Of a DNA stretch of 60,000 bases, positions 1 through 11,430 are shown one piece after another (position 1 is the first letter of the stretch; each line of letters opens with the position of its first letter). The notes under the pieces were generated by a model. The model was not told where the DNA came from. It was given only the letters and a program-made list of their open reading frames with translations, and did no database searches. The DNA lies in assembly GCF_963921235.1 (NCBI RefSeq), contig NC_086097.1:83578001-83638000 (forward strand), in the 5' to 3' direction. The translations under genes were made by a program, and so were the position numbers. The DNA comes from Mobula hypostoma. Its lineage: Eukaryota.

Positions 1-140
1 AATAGAGGAGGCTGTGGATAGACATACCAGAATGGGAATGGGACGTGGAATTAAAATGCGTGGCCACTGGGAGATCCTGCTTTCTCTGTCGGACAGAGCG
101 TAGGTGTTCAGTGAAATGGTCTCCCAGCCTGCGTCGGGTT
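1..140 (-). mobile_element. Penelope-like element fragment (GIY-YIG region), inverted relative to the adjacent copy; runs off the window edge
   Basis: Reverse complement matches ~2955-3095 with some divergence (gtggccac..ttttaattccacgtcccattc..atgtctatccac..cctcct). Confidence 0.85.
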
Positions 141-1171
141 CTGCAGGGATCACTCCCTACGTGACTCCCTTGTCCATTCATCCCCCCATCCCTTCCCACC
201 GATCTCCCTCCCTTCCAGCACTTATCCTTGTAAGCGGAACAAGTGCTACACTTGCCCTTACACTTCCTCCCTCATCACCATTCAGGGCCCCAGACAGTCC
301 TTCCAGGTGCGGCAACACTTCACCTGTGAGTTGGCTGGGGTGATACAGGTGTCCCCCGCTTTTCGAACATTCGCTTTACGAAACCTCACTGTTACGAAAG
401 ACCTACATTAGTTCCCTGTTTTCGCTAACAGAAGGTGTTTTCACTGTTACGAAAAAGGCAGCGTGCGCCCTAAGCAGCCGCTCTCCCCCGGATTCGGAAC
501 AGCATTCGCGCCGGCATTGCTTAAAACACGTGCCTGTGAGCATCTGTGCTTTATGTCGATTTATTTTGAGCATTCGTTAGCAAGATGAATCAGAAAAGCA
601 ACAGGTTAGCAATGAATAAGGTATCAGAAAAGCCTGAAAGAGCTCGTAAGGGTGTTACACTTAGCGTAAAACTAGACATAATTAAGCGTTTCGATTGTGG
701 TGAACGAAGTAAGGACATTGTGAGTTTGGCTTGTGGAAGTTGATGAAGATGATGTTGAAGAGGTTTTGGCATCCTATGACCAAGAACTGATAGATGAAGA
801 GCGATGCTATTGGAAGAGGAAAGGATAACAATTGAAACCAAATGCAGTAGCGAACGGACCGAAAGTGAGGTCATCCAGGAATTGAACGTGAAGCAACTGC
901 GTGAGATTTTCGCTGCAATGATAAAGCACGACTTTAATTTTGAAAGAGTACGTCGGTTTAGGGCATATTTGCGAGATGGTTTTGCAAAGAACTGTATGAT
1001 AGAAAAATGCACGAGGCTAGCAGTCAAGCATACTGTTGTTTTTCAAGCCTTCCACATCAGCCACAGCAAATGACGAACCTCGACCTTCGCCATCAGGGCA
1101 GGCAGACATAGAAGAAGATGACCTGCCTGCCCTGATCGAGGATGAGATGACACCCCCATGTCCCACCACGC

Positions 1172-1512
1172 CAGTGGTCCCAACCCCTGGGCCACGGACA
1201 GATACCGATTCGCGGAGAATGCAGCGGTAGCCAGAATGCACCCAGCACGTCTTTAAGAAAAAAGCCGAAATAAACAAGCTAATTAATTAGGTGCCGTCCG
1301 GCACGTAAATGTCGGCCCAGATCAGTGGCGATTGCCAATTGCGTGGCCTCTGATCTGGGCCGACATTTACGTACCGAGTGGCACCTAATTAATTAGCTTG
1401 TTTATTTTGGCTTTTTTCTTAAAGATGTGCTGAGTGCATTCCAGCTACCGCTGCACCACTGCATTCTTCACGGATCGGTATCGGGTTGCTGCCCGGAGGG
1501 TGGGGACCACTG
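1172..1512. mobile_element. Palindromic hAT-type MITE
   Basis: Termini CAGTGGTCCC...GGGACCACTG; nearly the whole 341 bp is an inverted repeat centred near 1335; flanking 8-mers caccacgc/taacactc match at 5/8. Confidence 0.75.
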
Positions 1513-1689
1513 TAACACTCCAACCTCTGACGACTCAGCCTAACATACCATCATCAGTGTGGTCGGCACTGTCCCAATTCCGGTAAGTGATGCTACATTG
1601 TACATATATTATTTCTACTTTATATCGGCTGTGTATTTTTATGCGTTATTTGGTATGGTTTGGCAGCTTCATAGCTTAAAGGTTACTGG

Positions 1690-2525
1690 TGTTATGTACC
1701 CTGTAACTGGGTTGCCAAACCAGCAGAAATGGACCACTTAGTTGGAGTCTGGATTACTGGAACTAAGAAAGTTTTATTAAAGAAATAAGCAACACAGTAC
1801 TCTAATAGTAAGGATATAAATGCAACAGGTTAGCAATGAATAAACACACATGTACACAGAACTAGGATAATAGGATCAATCAAGCTCTATCGGAGTCTAG
1901 GGGTAAAATGATCAGTCTCAAATGACACAGAGTTCAGTTCAATTTAGTTCAGTTCGCAGTAATCGCTGTTGTGCCGTTGGGGAGGGAGAGAGAGAACAAA
2001 TGAATATTCAAATCGAATTCCAAACAGACCTTCGATATTCCTCGCAGTTAGCTTTCGGGCGAGCCCTTTGTAATGTCTTCTGAGGTCACCGACTGTGACC
2101 CCTCCGTTCCAGATACGATCGTTCTTCTGTGGTGAACCCGGCACCCAGGCAAGGGCGGACACACACACCGGGTTCCCGCGCGACCGCACCTTTCCGCCCT
2201 GTGCGTCTATGGCTGGTTCTGCGACCAGACCTCCAAAACTTCCACCAACTTGTGGGGGCACACCGCTTCCAGGGTCTCGTTACCTTGTGGTCGTCGTGTG
2301 TGTACTCTTGCCTTAGCGAACCTGTTCCTTTTATCCCCCTGCTGGGGTATCGCCTGTCCATCAAACTTCAAACAGTTTAGGTTCAAAGCAACCAGTCTTG
2401 ACAATACTCGGAACTGTGTCTCCTTTTCATTAATCGCTCTCGTCTCTCTCTTATTAGCATTTTGAATGTTCCCCCATTGTACTCTTATCGGCATCAATCT
2501 TCTGATAACTGGGTCTTTTGTCACA
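1690..2525 (-). mobile_element. Solo LTR (836 bp)
   Basis: TGT...ACA termini; AATAAA on the minus strand near 1773-1778 and a TATA-like ggataaaagg on the minus strand near 2330; the host Tigger sequence resumes on both sides; 4-bp flanks ctgg/ccag. Confidence 0.75.
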
Positions 2526-2538
2526 CCAGAGAGAGTGT

Positions 2539-2620
2539 TTCTGCCGAGAGCGCTTGCGTGAGATTTTCTGCCGAGAGCGCTTGCGTGAGATTTTCTGCCG
2601 AGAGCACTTGCGTGAGATTT
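2539..2620. repeat. 27-bp tandem repeat x3 inside the Tigger element
   Basis: Unit ttctgccgagagcgcttgcgtgagatt; explains the SAESACVRF repeats in the ORF track. Confidence 0.9.
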
Positions 2621-3527
2621 TCGCTACGGAGAATAGTGCAGCAATGATTGTAGAAAAGTACAGTATTTCTACTTTATATTGGCTGTATATTTATCATATC
2701 ATTCCTGCTTTTACTATATATTACTGTTGTTTTAGGTTTTATGTGTTACTTGGCATGATTTGGTAGGTTATTTTTGGGTCTGTGAACGCTCACAAATTTT
2801 TCCCATATAAATAAATGGTAATTGCTTCTTTGCTTTATGACATTCTGGCTTATGAACCGTTTCATAGGAACGCTCTACCTTCAGATGGGGGTGGAGGGGG
2901 GGAAACCTGTATACTGTATCTGGTGCTCCCGGTGCAGCCTTCTATATATTGGCGAGACCCAATGCAGGCTGGGAGTCCGTTTTGCTGAACACATACGGTC
3001 TGTCCGCCAGAGAAAGCAGGATCTTCCAGTGGCCACACATTTTAATTCCACGTCCCATTCTCATTCTTATATGTCTATCCACGGCCTCCTCTACTGTCAA
3101 GATGAAACCACACTCAGGTTGGAGGAACAACACCTTATATTCCGTCTGGGTAGTCTCCAACCTGATGGCATGAACATTGACTTCTCTAACTTATGTTAAT
3201 GACCCACCTCCCCTTCGTATCCAGTCCTTTATTTATTTATTTATCTATCTATCTATCTTCTCTCTCTCTCCCCCCCCTTTTCTCTTTTTTTTCTCCCTCT
3301 GTCCTTCTCACTATAACTCCTTGCCCATCCTCTGGGCTCCCCTCCCTCCTTTCTTTCTCCCTCGGCCTCCCGTCCGATGATCCTCTCCCTTCTCCAGCCT
3401 CGTATCCCTTTTGCCAATCAACTTTCTAGCTCTTAGCTCCATTCCTCCCCCTCCTGTCTTCTCCTATCATTTCGGATCTCCCCTCCCCCTCCCACTTTCA
3501 AATCTCTTACTATCTCTTCTTTCAGTT

Positions 3528-3563
3528 AGTCCTGACGAAGGGTCTCAGCCCAAAACATCGACT
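3528..3563 (+). ncRNA. Decayed minimal type I hammerhead ribozyme motif in the Penelope pLTR
   Basis: agtc-CTGACGA-agggtctcagccc-AAAAC-ATC-gact. The GAAAC and GTC positions carry G>A changes consistent with CpG decay; stem I agtc/gact. Confidence 0.7.
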
Positions 3564-4509
3564 GTACCTCTTCCTATAGATGCTGCCTGGTCTGCTGCGT
3601 TCACCAGCATTTTTTGTGTGTGTTGCTTGAATTTCCAGCATCTGCAGGTTTCCTTGTGTTTGCACATGCTTCTGTTGGTTTTCTGGTGTCTGTGTGTTTC
3701 TGACCTGAGAACTTGAGGTTCTCAATTCCATCCCCAATTATCCTAGTTTGAGCAGGCTTGTGCCTGGGATTCATAGGAATCACTGGAGATGTTGCATCTA
3801 TTGAAGGAGGATCTGAGAACATCCTTGAATCTTCTCATCTGTCTCCCTGGTAGCCTCTTCCTATAACAGAGGATGTATAGAGTGTTTGTTTCAAGAGCTT
3901 CTTGTTAGGCTTGAAAAAGATGTGCCCTGCCCAACTGAGTCAATTGAGTGTGATTAGAGCCTCAGAGTTCTGAATGTTCTCAAAGAGAATACTGTGATCA
4001 GTTTGCTAACTCCTTGAGGGTGGTTTTGGAGGATTTTGCTATCCATTGTCATGAAGTGTCTACTATATGTTGTTAAAATTTCAGAAATATTTAATAAATC
4101 TGGTAGACACAGGATTTTGTGTCATTTTTGAGTATTTGAGGTTTTTAATGTTCAGGCGGCCAAGGGCTACACTGACACAAAGAGTGTAATATCTTCCTAT
4201 GCTGAGAGCTGGTTCTTGTGGTTCTTTAAGAATGAGGAATGGGAAGTATTTCATGAGCCTTTATTACCAGGTTGGGGAGGGGGGTGCGCGTCATGAATAG
4301 ACCACTGTTTTGAGGATGTTGAATGCAAAACCAATCCTCTCACGTACTTCAATGAATAAGTTTATGGTAATTTATTTACCATTTTAGTGTGTATATTGAC
4401 AATGTTATCTGTATCTTGTAGTTCAGCTGTGGAGAGAGAAGGCAACATTGATTGAATAGTTTACTGTTTGTTCTGCCTCAGCACAAAGTTAGGGGGAGGT
4501 GAGGTGCAC

Positions 4510-4740
4510 TACTTAGGCACAAATCTGAATTCAGTCCCGACCTCCAGCACTGCATGGGCAGAGTTTGCAAATTCCATGATCGTGTGGCTTTCTAACCAAT
4601 GCAAAAGATGTGCAGTTTTGTAGGTTAATTGGCCACTGTAAATTGTCCAACTGTGTAGTTAATTGGTAGAATCTGGGATATTGGTGGGGATGTGGGGAGG
4701 AAAAGGGTGCTTAATGGTCAGCAGAGACTTGCTGGGCAAA
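4510..4740 (+). mobile_element. Degenerate tRNA-derived V-type SINE
   Basis: Similar to the better-preserved copies at 10095 and 21886 (gtgtggctttc...ggttaattggccactgtaaattgtcc). Confidence 0.55.
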
Positions 4741-5864
4741 AAAAATGCAGATTAAGTGATGCTGCCTTGATCGGCAATCATTACACTGACATTGGCTACA
4801 GGACACATTAATTGTTATCATTGCTTACGTGTCCTAAGGTCTTCCTAATATTGCAATCTTTTATTCACTCCTTTTTTTTATTAGTTTTCATAGAATCATA
4901 GCCTGAATATGAGTGAAAATATATTAACATTTTAAAGATATGCATTGGTGATAAATGAATATCCATTCCTTCCTTAAGAATATTTTTATGGTTTAGGGTT
5001 AAAGAATTTTTAACTTCGGCTGGCAGCAGCTGTTATTAGATATAAAGCCCTTTCTGTTATGTAGCATCGCCTAATTCACTGTGTGCATGAGGGGTTCAAT
5101 GGTTGTGATCTTCCTGAAAAAAATTGAACTGGAGAACTCTAATCTAAAATATATTGTAATGCTTCTCTAAGTTGATTATAGTTTACTTTTTTAAAAAATG
5201 CATCAAAGCGTGTTGTTGACAGGCAGTTTAAGGAGCTTATAAATTCACTTCTGTTTCTTCCTGCCACCACTTGCGCCATTCCCTCACCAAAAAGCAAACA
5301 TACTCTGCACTTGCATTGCAAAGTTGCAATTGATTAACTTTGATAGGTAGGACTTGCTGCTTCATTTCATCAATGCTACAAATGTTGTTCAGCTAGCATG
5401 CATTGTGGTGCAATTTCTGCTCAATGTTTTATTTGTACTCAAAAGTACTGTTCAGATCATGCCAGTGGTGGAATATGTGAAGGAAGAAACCTGGCTTGAA
5501 TGCTGTTTACGATTTAGTGAATAGGTCCAAGAATGTTCAACATATCCCAGTGAGAAAATCTAAACTAGAAGTAGAAGAATGCATCTACTATAAAAAAAAT
5601 TTACCCTATTAAAATCCATGTCAATAATAGACAACATTTCCTTCAATAATTTTTTATTTGGGGGGGATTTTCACATTAAATCAGTAAGTAACCCTTCTCA
5701 TTTAAAACTCTTCTTAAACATTTAATTGCCACTCCTAGTATCTCCTTGATGGATCAGAATTGTGTTGTTTGTCTGGCTTTTCCAGAAAAATATCTTAGGA
5801 GATGTTCCTATATAGAAAGTGCATTTAAAGCTCTTGAGAGTTGTATAAATGCCATAAACCATAG

Positions 5865-7120
5865 TCATAAAATGCCAAAAACCGTAAGGGATGAAAAGAT
5901 GAAATATAAAGCTAAGCTAGCCAATAATATCAAAGAGAATACCAAAGGATTTTTCAAATATCTTGAGAATAAAAGAAAGGCAAGAGTGGATATTGGACCA
6001 CTGGAAAATAGTATTAGAGAGGCAGTTATGTGGGACAAAGAAATGGTGAACGTGCATAATAAGTATTTTGTGTTATTCTTCACTGTGGAAGACACTAGCA
6101 GTATGCCAGAGATTAGAGAGTGTCAAGACAGAAGTGTATAGTTGCTATTACTAAGGAGAAGGTGCTTGGAAAGCTGAAAAGTCTGAAGGTATGGAAGTCA
6201 CTTGGTCCAGATGGACTACTCCCCAGGGTTGTGAAAGAGGTAGCTGAAGAGATTGTGGAGGGGCAGGTACTGTTGAGGAAGCAGGGAGTCTGCAGAAGGA
6301 CTTGGACAGATTGGGAGAATGGGCAAAGAAGTGGCAGATGGAATATAGTGTAGGGAAGTGTATGACCATGCACTTTGGTAGAAGGAATAAAGGCATAGAC
6401 TATTTTTCAAAATGGGGAGAAAATTCAAAAATCAGGGGGGCAAAAGGACTTGGGAGTCTTTGTGCAGGATTCCCTTAAGGTTAACTTGCTGGTTGAGTCG
6501 GTTTTGGAGAAGGCAAATGCAGTATTAGCATTCATTTCAAGAGGACTGGAATATAAGAGCAAGGATGTGATGCTGAGGCTTTATAAGGCACTGGTCAGAT
6601 GGCACCAGCAGGCCCCTTATTGAGGAAAAGATGTGCTGCCATTGGAGAGGGTCCAAGGAGGTTCACGAAAACGATAGGGTTAACGTGTGAGGAGCGTTTG
6701 ATGGCTCTGGGCCTGTAATCACTGGAGTTTAGAAGAATGAGGGGGGATTTCATTGACATTTTTTGAATATTGAAAAGCCAAGGTAGAATGAATGTGGAGA
6801 GTATGTTTCCTATAGTAAGTGAGTCTAGGACCAGAGGGCACAGCCTCAGAATAGAGGGATGTTCATTTAAAACAAAAAATGAGAAGGAATTTTGTTAGTC
6901 AGAGGGAGGTGAATCTGTGGATATGATTGCCATGAATGGCTGTGGAGATCAAGTCATTGAGTATATTTAAAACAGGTTGATAGGCAGCAAAGGTTACAGG
7001 GAGAAGGCAGTAGAATGGGGTTGAGATGGATAATACTGTAAATCAGCCATGACGGAATGGTAGAGCTGACTCAATGGGCCAAGTGGCTTAATTCTGCTCC
7101 TGTCTTAAGGACTTATGACC
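5865..7120 (+). mobile_element. CR1-clade LINE 3' fragment with an internal deletion of the RT core
   Basis: KLANNIKENTKGFFKY, SLGPDGLLPRVVKEVAEEIVE, ADGI/WQME segment, and the family 3' tail (gggccaagtggcttaattctgctcctgtctta). Confidence 0.9.
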
Positions 7121-9265
7121 TTCACCCACTCTGAATTTATTCCATTGCTGAGGAAAGCTGACCTAAAGTCGATTGCTTCAGTCAGTTCAATTGGTATCCT
7201 CATCTAGTTGACAAAGTTAGGGAAATATTGTTTCCTGGGTTAAAGCTGGATGGATAATCTTTTCACACTATTATTACTTTAAATGCCAATTAGATTACCA
7301 ATGCCTGTATTTTGAATCAATAATTTATTACATTTTGGGCTTTGCTTCCTGCTTATTGCTACACAATGCAGTAACTACAATAGAAATAAAATTAAAGGTA
7401 CATCCACTTTAGGTAATTAATGCTGAAGAGCTATAGTTTGAAGATGAAGTATAACATTACTCCTGTGTCTGAATTGGGAATGCAACAAAATACTCCCAAG
7501 AGCCATCTTGTTCTGGTCATTTGCTCTTATTCCTGCCACCCCGCAGAAAATTAAAAAACTTAAAACACACACCACCAAGCTCAAGGGCAAGTTCTGTCAT
7601 GTTACAAGACTCTTGTACAGTAAAGATGAACTTGATCTCTCAATCTACCTCATCATGGCCTTTACACTTCATTTGTCTAGCTTCACTACATTTCTACTTT
7701 CTCTGTAACTAACACTATCTACTGCATTATGTTAATGCTTTTCACTTTGTACTTGTGATTTGAAATGTTCTGTATGAATGGCATGCAAAACAGATTTTTA
7801 CTGTATCTTGGAGCATGTACAGTGAATTGATTAGTGAATTGGCTGCGCTATGGATGTGACATGTGTGGATTCTTCAAATCTCTATGAAACCTGATGTGCT
7901 GAGTGTAAATAATCTGCATTTAAGCATGATTACAACAATTCTTTTAATACTTTTTGCCATTAGATGTTTTTATGTTGCCCTATTAGTGTATCTGACATTG
8001 AATTATCCAGTACTGTATATAATATTGCCAGAGGAAGGTCAAACGGCATTTCAAATTGCATATATAGGTATTATCATTCAGCCAGAATATGTAGACAAAA
8101 CATATTAGCAAATCAAAGCACAATATATTGGTGTGGAATGATTGATTTAATTATACTGGGAAGGATGTGCAAAGTGAATAGTGGATTGCAAAAAGTTGTT
8201 GATTTACTTGTGCCACTCTGTCACTAAGCTTGCAAAACTTAGAATTTATCATAAACCTCCCAATTTATATTGAAGCATTTCTACGCTCCCTTAGAATACA
8301 AGTTAAATCTGCTGTATAAATGATCGAATGGTAAATGTTAAGTCGGTAACAATACCTTACTTTAAAACCACGTGACAATTAAATCATTGTTCTGCATGAG
8401 TCATGAATCTAGGTAACACATTAATTCAATTTTGCTGACTTTTTCATTTCATTTGTTAACTGACAAAACCGATCTATTAAATTGATTTTCATTAGTTGCT
8501 GTCTGGAAATAACATCGGTACTAAATTTATTCCAGCTTGTCAAAATATGGAACGTGCAATTTTTAACCCCTCCCTCCCATTTATACAGCTAACACATGCT
8601 TTAAATTGCTATACAATATAGAGCATTCACTTAAATGCATGAATGATCAATTCTTGAATTTCATGAGTTAAAACAGAATTTATCCGAATCCCGGTTAATA
8701 GGTAGCCTTATTTGTACATTTACAATCCCACCTTGGGTTATGAAGGGACTCCAGTCCTGTGAACTGTTGGTAACCAAAACAGTTCACAAGTTGGAAATGC
8801 CACCACAGCTCAGGTTCCCACATATCAGAAAATGCCTGCAATCTCGCAGCAGCCAACACATCCAACCTGCCAGACTCCCAAACACTCATTCGTATGTATA
8901 GCTATACATAGGTCAGGAATTCATATGCTAGCAGGGACATTTAGTACAAAGTACATTTTTTTCCTCCATCTTGTAAGTTGTTTAACATAGTTGTAAGCCA
9001 TTTTTAACATTAAAGTACCCACTTTAGAGCTTTAATAACAAACCAAATTCCTCAGTTTAATTGGATATTGTGATAGACGAGAGTATTGATTTTTCTCAAT
9101 GTTACGTTATTGGTTGGCACTTTCACAAACGTAACTTGTGACACTTGACTTTCATAAATGATAAGTCAATGTGTTAAAAATTAATATTATAATTAAAACC
9201 TCAGTTATAACTTTATTTTCCTTAACTAAAATTTTTAACCTTCAATTGCATCTTATTTGTTTCAG

Positions 9266-9395
9266 AACCGTTTTGTTTGGCAAATTACCCTTCAGCCTTT
9301 CACAGTGTGATGTTTAATCCTGTGGAACCCAGACTCTTGGCCACTGCAAATTCCAAAGAAGGAGTGGGTCTTTGGGACATCCGTAAGCCACGAAG
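9266..9395 (+). CDS. DCAF5: DCAF5 internal coding exon (corresponds to human exon 5), WD40 region
   Basis: ttcag acceptor and AG|gtgag donor; 130 bp; translates (E)PFCLANYPSAFHSVMFNPVEPRLLATANSKEGVGLWDIRKPR(S), which I recognise as vertebrate DCAF5. Not in the ORF track. Confidence 0.96.
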
Positions 9396-10094
9396 GTGAG
9401 CTGATTCTCAGATTTGTATTGTATTTTTTTTCAAGGTTTTGCTTTGCCGTGATTTTGGGAGAAGTGAATGTCATGGAAATTGTGGAACTGATTTAATTCA
9501 TTATAGTAAAAATACTGATTAAGAATTGTCAGCAATTAATCAGGTTGCATGGCAATATTTCAGGGCTCTTCATCAAATGATTTACCTAATAAATTGTGGA
9601 TCGTACTGTATTATACTAATTATCAAGCCATCAAGTGATATTCATAGGTTCTTGATCACATTCTTAAACATCAGGTAGCTCAGAAATGAACTTTTTCTAT
9701 ATACTCTTCAATAATGTTGACGGTGTTGTAATTTTTTGTTTTAAATATGAGATAGATTTCTCATCGTTTCTATTTGATTTAGACCTTAGACTTTCTTAGA
9801 CTGCATAAACGTAATAAATCATGAATATTCAAAACTGAATAAGATTATTTTGAACTGTAAACAATAGTCACAGCTGCTTAATTTATCTTTATTTTGCAGA
9901 ATTAAGTTCCCACTTTTTGAATAAGTTGCTTAATTCAGATTTATTAGATATTTCACTTATTATTAAGAATAAGCTATGGATTAATCTTCAATGTTTAAGT
10001 TTGAATAATTTAAGTGTTGTGAAATCATTTCTGATTCCCTTTGGAAGTGAAAAAAAAGAAACCTTTGCCTATGATATAATTAATGCTTTGGATA

Positions 10095-10380
10095 GACGCC
10101 ACAGTAGTATAGCGGTTAGCGCAATGCTATTACAGCTGGTGGTGTTCTGAAGTTCAGTCCTGGCACCCTTCTGTGAGATGTCTGTACGTGCTCCCCATAG
10201 AATGTGTGGGTTTTCCCCAGATGCTCCAGTTTCATCCTACAGTCCAAAGACGTACTGGGTAGTTAATTGGTCAGTGTATTTTATCCTGTGATTAGGTTAG
10301 GTTTAATCAGGTTTGTTGGTGGTTGCACAGCGTGGCTTGGAGGGCTCAAAGAGCCTACTTCGCATCATATCACTAATTAA
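10095..10380 (+). mobile_element. tRNA-derived V-type SINE
   Basis: A-box-like gtagtatagcggttagc, B-box-like gttcagtcc, central tgtgggttttccccagatgctccagtttcatcctacagtccaaagac. Confidence 0.75.
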
Positions 10381-10824
10381 AAAATGATGAAACTAGCATG
10401 TGGGAGGTACAGTGTAATAATTAAAATGTCCTATTAGTTAGTGTATCGACATGGACAGTATGTAACTGTAGAGTTGTCTTAAGACCCAAATTCATTACAC
10501 TATAATCAAATTGAATTTAGGAAGGCAATATTTGTAAATTTTATTACTGTTTTAAAGAATATTAAACGTAGAAAAATACAGTGACACCAAATATAAAACA
10601 CTGCACCCTTGCTGTGGTGTAATGGGATCATTTAAATAATTCTAAGTAAAACATGATTGAAAAATTAAAAAGAACTGCAAATACTGAAAATCTGAGATTC
10701 TTTCAAATACAGAGGTGATCAAAATAGAAGAACTCATTCTTTAAGCTGCTTCCCTTGCACTTCTCTCTTCCACTCTTTACAATGGAAAAAACCAACAGCA
10801 GTCATGCCATTTATTGCCTTCCTA

Positions 10825-11430
10825 GGTGAATTATTACATTGATGCAACCGACGTAGATTGGGAATCCACTTTGTCAGGCACCTTATCTTCATCTACAAAA
10901 TGCAGGACTTCCTGGTCCCTAACTATTTCAATTCCAATCCCCATCGCCATTCCAATATGTCAGTCCATGGCCTCCTCTGCTGCCACGATTGGGCCACTCT
11001 CAGGCTGAAGGAGCAACGCCTCATATTCTGTCTGGGTAGCCTCTAACTGATGGCGTAATGACATCGATTTCTCTAACTTCTGATAATTTTTCCCCCTCCT
11101 CCTTCCCTTTTCAGTTCCCCACTTTGGCTCCCCTCTTACCTATTCCCTTCTCCTCACCTGCCTATCACCTCCCCCGGTGCCTGTCCTTCCCTTTCTCCCA
11201 TGGTCCATTCTCCTCTCCTATCAGATTTCGCCTTCTTTAGTCCTTTACCTTTTCCACCTATCACTATCCAGCTTGTACTACTTCCCCCTCCCCCACCTTC
11301 TTGTTCTGGCTTCTTCCCTCTTTTCCAGTACTGATGAATGACATGGGCCTGAAATGTCAACTGTTTATTCCTTTCAATAGATGCTAGCCTGTCCTGCTGA
11401 GTTGCTGCAGCATCTTGTGTGTGTAACTCC
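10825..11430 (+). mobile_element. Penelope-like element 3' fragment with hammerhead motif (11326-11363)
   Basis: YFNSNPHRHSNMSVHGLLCC..ATLRLKEQRLIFCLGSL, homologous to 3030-3170; pyrimidine tract; cagta-CTGATGA-...-GAAAtGTC-aactg. Confidence 0.85.

Larger units (their letters stand above)
346..2909 (+). mobile_element. pogo/Tigger-like DNA transposon, internally deleted, carrying nested insertions
   Basis: TA target duplication (344-345 and 2910-2911); termini CAGGTGTCCCCC...GGGGGGAAACCTG; remnant HTH (RKGVTLSVKLDIIKRFDCGERSKDI) joined to an acidic C-terminal segment (DEDDVEEVLAS..QEL) with no DDD domain. Confidence 0.85.
141..3662 (+). mobile_element. Penelope-like retroelement 3' part (GIY-YIG endonuclease, pyrimidine tract, pLTR with hammerhead motif), split by a 2.56-kb insertion at 346-2909
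   Basis: Joining 141-345 to 2912 onward restores FQVRQHFTCELAGVIYCIWCSRCSLLYIGET..RL..RFAEH...VATHFN...LEEQHLIFRLGSLQPDGMNIDF, a GIY-YIG domain with the Cys/His motif typical of PLEs. Confidence 0.9.

Noticed and set aside
2539..2620. Repeat array resembling a CRISPR or a repeat-protein ORF
   Set aside because: Head-to-tail 27-bp units with no spacers, inside a eukaryotic transposon.
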